Positions 8,913 to 16,325 of a stretch of DNA of 27,740 nucleotides are shown in pieces. Source of the stretch: Bacteroidota bacterium (GTDB lineage Bacteria > Bacteroidota > Bacteroidia > Flavobacteriales_D > Crocinitomicaceae); the NCBI GenBank assembly GCA_024280195.1, contig JAJRQP010000309.1:1-27740 (forward strand). The letters run 5' to 3'. The stretch's first letter is position 1; each line of letters begins with the position of its first letter. The notes beneath the pieces are model-generated. The model saw only the letters and a list, made by a program, of their open reading frames with translations. It was not told where the DNA came from and did no database searches. Position numbers and translations under genes: made by a program.

Positions 8913-10259
8913 ATGTTTGAAAATTTAACGGACAAATTTGAAAGAGCGTTTAAAGTCTTAAAAGGACAAGGACAAATCTCTGAAATCAATGTTGCTGAGA
9001 CACTTAAAGAAGTACGTCGTGCGTTATTAGATGCTGATGTTAACTTCAAAACTGCCAAAGAATTCACCAATACTGTTAAAGAAAAAGCATTGGGTCAGAA
9101 TGTGTTGACTTCTATTTCTCCTGGTCAATTGATGATTAAGATTTGCCACGAAGAATTGGTAAACTTAATGGGGGGAAACGAAGTTGAAATCAACATCAAA
9201 GGAAATCCTGGAATTATTTTGATGTCTGGACTACAGGGGTCTGGTAAAACAACTTTCTCTGGTAAATTAGGTAATTACCTGAAGAATAAGAAAGGGAAGA
9301 ATCCATTATTGGTGGCATGTGATGTATATCGGCCAGCAGCGATAGATCAATTGCATGTTTTGGGTGAGCAACTCGGAATTGAAGTCTATTCTAATCGTGA
9401 AGAAAAGAATCCTGTAAAGATTGCTCAAGAAGCAATTCAATATGCAAAGAGTAAGAGTTTTAACGTAGTTATCATTGATACCGCGGGGCGTTTGGCCGTG
9501 GATGAGAAAATGATGAAAGAGATTGCCAACGTGAAAAGCGCAATCAATCCAACGGAGACTTTATTTGTTGTGGATGCAATGACAGGGCAAGATGCTGTAA
9601 ATACAGCTAAGGCGTTCGATGAGCAAATCAATTTTGATGGTGTTGTATTAACTAAATTAGACGGTGATACAAGAGGTGGTGCAGCGTTAACGATTAAGTC
9701 AGTTGTTAATAAACCAATTAAATTTGTCGGAACAGGAGAGAAGATGGATGCACTAGATGTATTCTATCCTTCTAGAATGGCTGACAGAATTCTCGGTAAA
9801 GGTGATATCGTCACTCTAGTTGAACGTGCCCAAGAGCAATTCGATGAAGAGGAAGCAAGAAAATTACAAAAGAGAATCAAGAAAAATCAATTTGATTTCA
9901 ATGATTTCTATGGTCAATTGCAACAAGTTAAAAAGATGGGTAACGTCAAAGACTTGATGGGAATGGTTCCAGGAATGGGAAAAGCAATGAAAGATGTGGA
10001 TATTGACGATGATGCATTTAAATCTATTGAGGCAATCATTCAATCAATGACTCCAAAAGAAAGAGAAAAACCTGATTTGATTAACAATTCTCGAAAAATT
10101 AGATTAGCAAAAGGTTCTGGAACAAACGTTCAGGAAGTAAATAAGTTGATGAAGCAATTCAACGATACCAAAAAGATGATGAAGATGATGTCTAACCCTA
10201 AGAAAATGCAACAGATGATGAAGCAAATGAAAGGAATGGGCGGAATGCCAGGAATGTAG
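8913..10259 (+). CDS. ffh: Signal recognition particle protein Ffh
   Basis: NG domain with GLQGSGKTT, DTAGR and TKLDGD; Met-rich M domain (FDFNDF...MGMVPGM...IIQSMTPKER). Confidence 0.98.
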   Translation: MFENLTDKFERAFKVLKGQGQISEINVAETLKEVRRALLDADVNFKTAKEFTNTVKEKALGQNVLTSISPGQLMIKICHEELVNLMGGNEVEINIKGNPGIILMSGLQGSGKTTFSGKLGNYLKNKKGKNPLLVACDVYRPAAIDQLHVLGEQLGIEVYSNREEKNPVKIAQEAIQYAKSKSFNVVIIDTAGRLAVDEKMMKEIANVKSAINPTETLFVVDAMTGQDAVNTAKAFDEQINFDGVVLTKLDGDTRGGAALTIKSVVNKPIKFVGTGEKMDALDVFYPSRMADRILGKGDIVTLVERAQEQFDEEEARKLQKRIKKNQFDFNDFYGQLQQVKKMGNVKDLMGMVPGMGKAMKDVDIDDDAFKSIEAIIQSMTPKEREKPDLINNSRKIRLAKGSGTNVQEVNKLMKQFNDTKKMMKMMSNPKKMQQMMKQMKGMGGMPGM

Positions 10260-10452
10260 TTTTTAATTGAGAAAGGAAAGGTTTGAATTGAAAGTTGAAT
10301 GCTTCACAAAAGGCTATTATCTTTTTTATTCATTTTATCCGAGGTTTAAAATATAAACCTCTGTAAAAAACTTCTCTTCATTCTTTTGTGAAAAATTATC
10401 GCTTATTTCATGAACTATTTCCAAATTCCATTTATTCTATCTATATTTATTT

Positions 10453-11397
10453 ATGGAATCATTTGATTTTTTTCCTGAGAAACCAGAATTAGCAGAGCAA
10501 ACCCCAAAAGGTGGATTGTCACTGACGTTTTTTTCCATGGTTTTGTTCGTGTTAATTTTCCTTCTTTTCTTCGGAGATGAAATCAATTTTATTATTTATT
10601 TAGTAATTGTATTGTTAATCCACGAACTAGGACATTTTCTAGCAATGAAAGCCTTTAAGTATAAGAATGTGAGAATGTTATTTATTCCACTTATGGGAGC
10701 TTTTGTTCAAGGAACTAAGAATAATTATTCGCAAAAACAAAGTTTTATTGTCACTGCTGCAGGTCCTTTCCCCGGAATGATAATCGGTGCAGCATTGGTT
10801 TATTTTGGAAATGATTTTAGGTCAGAATGGATGGTGACAACAGGATTACTTTTCCTCCTCCTCAATCTTATCAACTTAATTCCTTTAGACCCACTAGATG
10901 GAGGTCAATTGTTTAAATTATTTGTCAGAAAAAACAATGAGTTATTCTTAATGATTTTCGCTTTTACATCCTCATTAATTATGATTGGAGTTGGATGGTA
11001 TCTGAATAGCATTATTCTGATGCTCTTTGGTTTTTTTATGGGTTTCCGAGTAAGATCCATGCAGAAAAAACACGAAATTCATAAGGAGTTGAAAGAGGAA
11101 GGGGTTGATTATGCTACAACTTATAAGTTGTTAAGTAACGAAACATATTCCAAAATTAGAAAGGTTGTTATCGACTATACACCAGCATTGCAGAAATACA
11201 TTGACCAAGTTTCATTGGAAGATTTAGCACCTGTTCTTGCAAGTCAAGTTAACAGTGTTTTGGAAACTCCTTTGGAGAAAGATACAAGTGTTCTATTTAA
11301 AATAATGTTATTGGTTTTTTGGATAGCTTCGTTTGCAATTCCAATTTTCCTCTTCTTTTCTATCAACCTTCAATGGTACGCGCCTGATGTTATTTAA
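10453..11397 (+). CDS. Site-2 protease (peptidase M50) family membrane metalloprotease
   Basis: HELGH zinc motif within a TM segment, GAFV..AAGP, and NLIPLDPLDGG. Confidence 0.9.
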   Translation: MESFDFFPEKPELAEQTPKGGLSLTFFSMVLFVLIFLLFFGDEINFIIYLVIVLLIHELGHFLAMKAFKYKNVRMLFIPLMGAFVQGTKNNYSQKQSFIVTAAGPFPGMIIGAALVYFGNDFRSEWMVTTGLLFLLLNLINLIPLDPLDGGQLFKLFVRKNNELFLMIFAFTSSLIMIGVGWYLNSIILMLFGFFMGFRVRSMQKKHEIHKELKEEGVDYATTYKLLSNETYSKIRKVVIDYTPALQKYIDQVSLEDLAPVLASQVNSVLETPLEKDTSVLFKIMLLVFWIASFAIPIFLFFSINLQWYAPDVI

Positions 11398-11929
11398 TCC
11401 AGGGCAAAAAGTAGTTTTTCTTCACGAAAGTGGTCATGGCATTGTTGATTCTATTGCTTCCAATGGGAGAATAATAATCCTAGACGAAGATGGATTCAAA
11501 AGAGAATATTTAAAATCGCAATTAGCAATCGTTCAAAATGAGCAGTATCCAATTGATGAAGATGTTGCAACTAACATTGCTTTGCAGGATCAAGGATTAT
11601 CAGGGGCAAATAGCGTGAATACTTATTCTGCGGAAAGAAGAAAGAACGATGTCTCAGAAATCGATTTGCACATCGAAGAAATAACAGAATCTCATAGAGG
11701 TTTATCTAATCATGAAATTCTCTCTCGACAAATGATTGCTTTTCGTCAATTCTACCAAAGAGCAAGATCTCAAAAGAAAGGAAAAATCGTTATTATTCAT
11801 GGAGTAGGAGAAGGAGTTCTTCGCTATGAAGTTCGCTCATTCCTCAATAAAGAAAACGGCGTAGAGTATTTTGATGCAGACTACTTAGATTATGGACAAG
11901 GAGCAACGGTTATTTTAATGAAGTATTAG
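11387..11929 (+). CDS. Smr-domain (small MutS-related) protein
   Basis: IDLH...IIHGVGEGVLRYEV Smr signature. The start is more likely ATG 11387 (MLFNPGQKV, 11-nt overlap with the M50 gene) than 11333. Confidence 0.85.
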   Translation: MLFNPGQKVVFLHESGHGIVDSIASNGRIIILDEDGFKREYLKSQLAIVQNEQYPIDEDVATNIALQDQGLSGANSVNTYSAERRKNDVSEIDLHIEEITESHRGLSNHEILSRQMIAFRQFYQRARSQKKGKIVIIHGVGEGVLRYEVRSFLNKENGVEYFDADYLDYGQGATVILMKY

Positions 11930-12072
11930 AGCAATGAATCATTGATTGAAGGAACTAATGATTCAATGGATGCTCGTAGTAGGTTCTATTCAAAAGATTA
12001 ATTTTCTAATTGAACTATTTTTAGCAAATATCAACTTCAACATTGAAACATTAAAGCAATGAATCATTGAAT
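11930..12072. repeat. Two blocks of degenerate 8-mers (CAATGAAT/CATTGAAT) sharing a 16-bp direct repeat
   Basis: AGCAATGAATCATTGA at 11930-11945 and 12055-12070; CATTGAAA-CATTAAAG-CAATGAAT-CATTGAAT at 12041-12072. Confidence 0.8.
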
Positions 12073-12088
12073 TCTCAACATCACACTC

Positions 12089-12109
12089 CATCTCGACTCC
12101 CGCTCGATG
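12089..12109. repeat. REP-like GC-rich palindrome
   Basis: CATCTCGACTCCCGCTCGATG: TCGA-N7-TCGA stem with outer CA/TG pairs, GC-rich in an AT-rich gap. Confidence 0.5.
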
Positions 12110-12120
12110 TCCGTTCCCTA

Positions 12121-12183
12121 CTCCACACTCCACACTCCACACTCCATACTCTTCACTCCATACTCCATACTCTTCACTCCATA
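12121..12183. repeat. Tandem heptamer array, 9 units (CTCCACA x3, then [CTCCATA CTCTTCA CTCCATA] x2)
   Basis: Read directly. Degenerate units flank it (TTCCCTA, CTTCCCA), and it overlaps the ArnT-like stop codon. Confidence 0.95.
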
Positions 12184-13829
12184 CTTCCCACCGCTCTCTT
12201 ATAAAAACGAAAGCCTCCAACTTTTTTAACTAGCTTAAATTTTGGGTTTGAATCGAGTTCTATATTTGTTGATTTGGAAACCATGTAAACGTCCTTATCA
12301 ACATCGCCCGTCAATAACCAACTTTGATCTTTTCTTTTTTCTGAAAGCCCTGCAGGTTGCTGAAAATAATAATACTGCGCATAACTTTTGTAGCCAAAAG
12401 ATTCTACGTAACAATCTTCTCCTTGAATACTTTCGTAGAAAGAAACAACAGGTCCTTGCGTGAAACCTTCAATTTTTGGTAGAATAAAAAACAAGACCAT
12501 TAGCAAGGAAAATGCAACCGTTTTTGAAATCGTAATGATCGCTTTATTAATCATTCTTTGTTTGAAAAACACAGCAGAAATTATCATCCCTATAAAGAAA
12601 AAGATGCCGATTAAGAATTCATATCCTGACCAATAAATCACTGTTCCCATTGAATCAACAGCGAAAGGATCATTCATTAAAGGGAAGAGCAATTCTTTGT
12701 TTTTCATAATCAATGGCATCGCAGTTAAGAGGATTCCCCATATAGAACCAACGATAATAAAAAGCACTGTCTGATATTTTTTCCATTCTTCTTTTTGCTG
12801 TATGGCTTGATAGAGGAAATATGCTGCTAAGAAGGATAAAGGAATGTAAGTCATTGAAGAATAGTGTACTATCTTGGTTGTGGAAATGCTGAATAAGATG
12901 ATTACAACCCAAAAAAGACTCAGCATCCATATCCTAAAGTCAAGAGCTAGGCGCTCAGATTTCCTTCTAAAATAGGGGAGAGCAAATATTGAAATTGGAA
13001 AGCAACCAATAAACACGACGACAAAATGATAGTAAAAAGGTTGCGCATGTCCTGCAACTGGTTGATTAAATAATTCAATTTGATACTCAATGAATTGTTG
13101 TATGATAGCAAATCCATTCTGTGCTACTTCCATGCTTAACCAAGCACCAATTACCCCCATCATTCCAATAAAGAATAATGCAATGTATTTGATATGCGGG
13201 AAAGGTTTAAATTTTTTCAGGATAAGATAAACCAATAAAGTTAAGCCAAGTAATAAGAAACCAACCGGCCCTTTTGTGATGACGCTTAATCCACTAAACA
13301 AACCGGAAAGTAATGCTAGTTTCCCTAGGTTGACTTCTTCTTTTGCAAGAACACGCATCAAAAAATAGATGGACATGAAAATAAAGTAATTGAAAACCGG
13401 GTCAATGATTCCAGATTTAAAATAGAGGTGAGGTAAGAATGAACCGAAGAATAATAGTGCCCAAATCAATCCCATTTTAGCAGAAAAATGTTTCTTTCCT
13501 ATAAAATAAAATGTGAGTAAGTAAATCAGTCCAAACAATGCATTAGGAAATCGTGCAGCAAACTCATTGATGCCAAATAGCTTCATCGCTCCAACTTGCA
13601 ACCAAAAAAAGAAAGGAGGTTTCTCCCAAAAGGGACTGTAATTAATCTGAACACGCAAATAATCATTACTCGCAATCATTTCTCGTGCAGATTCAGCAAA
13701 GTTGATTTCATCCCAATCAAAAAGGTGCACATTGCCCAAACCTATAAAAAAGAACAAAGACATAGATAGCAAAAGAAGAATGCTATATCGCTGGTTGTTG
13801 GCTATAATATTGAAATATTTATTTACCAT
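12174..13829 (-). CDS. ArnT/GT39-like GT-C fold glycosyltransferase
   Basis: LFDWDEINFAESAREM and FWEKPPFFFW, EFAARFPNAL, ITKGPVG; about 12 TM segments and a soluble C-terminal domain. Confidence 0.9.
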   Translation of the reverse strand: MVNKYFNIIANNQRYSILLLLSMSLFFFIGLGNVHLFDWDEINFAESAREMIASNDYLRVQINYSPFWEKPPFFFWLQVGAMKLFGINEFAARFPNALFGLIYLLTFYFIGKKHFSAKMGLIWALLFFGSFLPHLYFKSGIIDPVFNYFIFMSIYFLMRVLAKEEVNLGKLALLSGLFSGLSVITKGPVGFLLLGLTLLVYLILKKFKPFPHIKYIALFFIGMMGVIGAWLSMEVAQNGFAIIQQFIEYQIELFNQPVAGHAQPFYYHFVVVFIGCFPISIFALPYFRRKSERLALDFRIWMLSLFWVVIILFSISTTKIVHYSSMTYIPLSFLAAYFLYQAIQQKEEWKKYQTVLFIIVGSIWGILLTAMPLIMKNKELLFPLMNDPFAVDSMGTVIYWSGYEFLIGIFFFIGMIISAVFFKQRMINKAIITISKTVAFSLLMVLFFILPKIEGFTQGPVVSFYESIQGEDCYVESFGYKSYAQYYYFQQPAGLSEKRKDQSWLLTGDVDKDVYMVSKSTNIELDSNPKFKLVKKVGGFRFYKRAVGSME

Positions 13830-13836
13830 ATTGTTT

Positions 13837-13868
13837 TCCCCTTTTTGGAGGGGGATTAAGGGGGAGGA
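13837..13868. repeat. C/G-tract REP-like element immediately upstream of the ArnT-like start
   Basis: The sense (minus) strand reads TCCTCCCCCTTAATCCCCCTCCAAAAAGGGGA, with a CCCCT/AGGGG stem. Confidence 0.6.
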
Positions 13869-13876
13869 ATTTATTA

Positions 13877-15043
13877 CTATCTATTTCTCTTCCTTTTCCA
13901 AATTCGTTTTATCAAAAATAATAATACAAAAGAAACAAGAAAAGCAACAATTCTAAATAACCAAGTTAAAATAAAATTGGCTTCTGCTTTCACATTGACA
14001 TTTAAAGGAACAATATTGCTTTCTATTCTCAAAACAGGATTCATGTATAGATGACTGTTCTTATTATAAGCAACTGTTCTAACGTAAGTGTCATCATCGG
14101 TAAACGAGTAGGAAACAGCATCTGTGTTCAGCACTTTCTTAACCACTTTTCCGTCTTGACCTTTTAATACGATGGAATCGGCTTTGGTAGATAGGCAAAT
14201 GTTCATTGTTGATTCCGTAACTTCACAGCTTTCAAGTAAATTATCGCATTCTCCATTATGACTCCAAATTGCATAATTCTTTCCTTGCTTCATCGATTGC
14301 ATCACAGAATCTGGATGTCGAACTTCAGAATGAATGATGTTCCAAATACGAAAAGTTGGCTCTTTGACTAAATCATGCGTATCGTCATCGCCCATAATCC
14401 ATGTCAAACGGCCAGCAGAAAGAGCAGCGTCCCAATGTTCTTCAGAAACACGATAATGATTGAGGACTTCCGTAAATTCATACCCAACTAAATGTTGCAT
14501 ATCGCTAAAAGACCTACCACCAGCGAACTTAGGATGTGCCATTGAGACCATCGCTCCGTTTACTTTTATATTCTCAATGATTTTTTGCTTGTGAGAAGTG
14601 AGTTGATAGAGTGGATAATCGAAGTAAGATACTTTTGGCGAATTAATGGCTAAGTAGTGCGACTTGAAGATATTATAACCATGCTCATAAACAGGGATAT
14701 ATAAGTCTGTAAATTGTTTTCCGTAAGTGCTAATTTTATGATAATTAGAGATTCCTGCAATGTCGTAGCCTTTTTCTGTGTAGCCTTCAAAAACGTCTTT
14801 TTCTGTATTGTGACCGTTGGTTACGGATTTCCAAGCAACTGTGTGCGCATGAAAATTTGCTCGGTAAGATGAGTCTGATAAATTCTCATAAGGATTATAA
14901 ATATTACTTCCGGAGAATGCTTTAGGTTCAGGGAAATTATAAATCGTTGTGTTGATATAAAATATAGAGGCAATTAGCAGAACAAAAACAACCAATGAAA
15001 GAATCAATTTCATCAGTATCGCGACTATTTTTTTCAAATTCAA
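13877..15043 (-). CDS. PHP-domain metallo-phosphoesterase/hydrolase, anchored by N- and C-terminal TM helices
   Basis: PHP-like metal motifs NFHAHT, ISNYH, YEHG, MAHP, TEVLN and GDDDTHD. Start is either TTG 15043 (abutting the GT2 stop) or ATG 15013. Confidence 0.7.
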   Translation of the reverse strand: MNLKKIVAILMKLILSLVVFVLLIASIFYINTTIYNFPEPKAFSGSNIYNPYENLSDSSYRANFHAHTVAWKSVTNGHNTEKDVFEGYTEKGYDIAGISNYHKISTYGKQFTDLYIPVYEHGYNIFKSHYLAINSPKVSYFDYPLYQLTSHKQKIIENIKVNGAMVSMAHPKFAGGRSFSDMQHLVGYEFTEVLNHYRVSEEHWDAALSAGRLTWIMGDDDTHDLVKEPTFRIWNIIHSEVRHPDSVMQSMKQGKNYAIWSHNGECDNLLESCEVTESTMNICLSTKADSIVLKGQDGKVVKKVLNTDAVSYSFTDDDTYVRTVAYNKNSHLYMNPVLRIESNIVPLNVNVKAEANFILTWLFRIVAFLVSFVLLFLIKRIWKRKRNR

Positions 15044-15799
15044 TTATTTTGAAGCTTTCGTGTGAAAAATCTTTGACTTTGCAATTCCAATCTTGTTGAA
15101 GAAGTACATCCAAGATACTTTCAATACTCCAAGTCCATAAGTAGTGCTTCTTGCAATGTTAATAGAAGATGCATCATCAAAATATTTGGTTGGGCAAGTG
15201 ATTTCTGCGATTTCATAATCTGCGTAGAAGATTTGTGCCAACATTTGATTGTCAAATATAAAGTCATCTGAATTGATGTTGTAATTAATTCCTTCCAATA
15301 CTTCTTTAGAAAACATTCTATAACCTGTATGATACTCAGACAGTTTTTGACTCATTAAAATATTTTGACTCAAGGTTAAAAAACGATTTGCAATGTATTT
15401 GTAAATTGGCATTCCACCTTTTAACGCACCTTTTCCAAGAATTCTTGACCCAATCACTACAGGATAAACATCGTTGGCAATGAGATGTGCCATTGATTCA
15501 ATTAACTTCGGAGTATATTGATAATCAGGATGTAACATCACCACAATATCCGCTCCTAATTCCAATGCTTTGTTGTAGCAAGACTTCTGATTACCTCCGT
15601 AACCCTTATTTTCTTCGTGAACAATGATGTGCTTGATTCCAATTTCTCTCCCTAATTCTGCTGTGTTGTCACTGCTTTTATCGTCAACCAAGACAACATC
15701 ATCAACAATATCAAAAGGGATTTCGTCGTATGTTTTTTGTAAAGTCTTTGCTGCGTTATAGGCAGGTAGAATGACAATCAGTTTTTTTCCTTTAATCAT
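15044..15799 (-). CDS. Glycosyltransferase family 2 (polyprenol-phosphate sugar synthase, DPM1/ArnC-like)
   Basis: VILPAYNA, VDDKSSDNT, NKGYGG, HPDYQY (DxD position), VIGSR, EYHTGYRMF. Confidence 0.9.
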   Translation of the reverse strand: MIKGKKLIVILPAYNAAKTLQKTYDEIPFDIVDDVVLVDDKSSDNTAELGREIGIKHIIVHEENKGYGGNQKSCYNKALELGADIVVMLHPDYQYTPKLIESMAHLIANDVYPVVIGSRILGKGALKGGMPIYKYIANRFLTLSQNILMSQKLSEYHTGYRMFSKEVLEGINYNINSDDFIFDNQMLAQIFYADYEIAEITCPTKYFDDASSINIARSTTYGLGVLKVSWMYFFNKIGIAKSKIFHTKASK

Positions 15800-15818
15800 A
15801 GTTCTTTAAATTGGAAAT

Positions 15819-15826
15819 CAAAGATA
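15819..15826 (-). promoter_or_regulatory. -7 promoter element for the GT2-PHP-ArnT operon
   Basis: Minus-strand TATCTTTG (plus CAAAGATA) 19 nt upstream of the GT2 ATG. Confidence 0.6.
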
Positions 15827-15845
15827 ATTATTAATTGTCATTTAA

Positions 15846-16325
15846 TTATAAATCTTGTCTAAATGTATGCACATCATTATGATGTTCTTCAATCTTATCT
15901 TTAATTATCTTAATCGTTTGGGCGAGAATAAAGATATCCTGTGTTGTTTGGTGTTTCAACCATGCCCAACTAGATTGTTCATCTTCGACAGCTAACGCAA
16001 TGTGGTAAAGAATCTCGAAATCGTTTTTCAATAGCCATCTTTGTGCGCCTTCATTTCCTTCTGCGGCATTGATCATGGCCATCAATTGGAAATAGCCGTT
16101 TTGTTGCAGCCAATTTCTAGCGTCGTCTTTTAAGTAAATTGCAAATGTTGCCATTGCCAATTCTTCGTAACCATTCTCTTTAAGCCAACGGGTAATCTCT
16201 TCATTTCCTTCAATCGCTTTTGCCCAAGCAAGAATAATTTTTGGAGAATAGTCAATGCTCTTCAAAGGAACTTTTTGAATTTTCTTAATATTAACCTTTC
16301 TTTTTCTATTGAACCAACTAGCCAT
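15846..16325 (-). CDS. Hypothetical protein with four tandem 25-aa helical repeats
   Basis: W at residues 47/72/97/122 and A at 37/62/87/112. The start overlaps the spmAB stop by 8 nt. Confidence 0.8.
   Translation of the reverse strand: MASWFNRKRKVNIKKIQKVPLKSIDYSPKIILAWAKAIEGNEEITRWLKENGYEELAMATFAIYLKDDARNWLQQNGYFQLMAMINAAEGNEGAQRWLLKNDFEILYHIALAVEDEQSSWAWLKHQTTQDIFILAQTIKIIKDKIEEHHNDVHTFRQDL

Noticed and set aside
10442-10449. TATATTTA as promoter giving a leaderless M50 transcript
   Set aside because: One mismatch to consensus in very AT-rich sequence, no -33 box; cannot be supported without TSS data.
10260-10452. SRP RNA (ffs) next to ffh
   Set aside because: No helix-8 CAGG...GGAA...AGCAG-type motif; the region is too AT-rich.
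11932-11944. Fur box call for CAATGAATCATTG
   Set aside because: It does not fit the 7-1-7 GATAATGATAATCATTATC geometry and lies between convergent 3' ends rather than in a promoter.
11990-12220. 76-aa minus-strand ORF with VWSEEYG repeats
   Set aside because: It is the translation of the heptamer array (period 7 nt gives 7-aa repeats) and overlaps the ArnT-like 3' end; no independent support.
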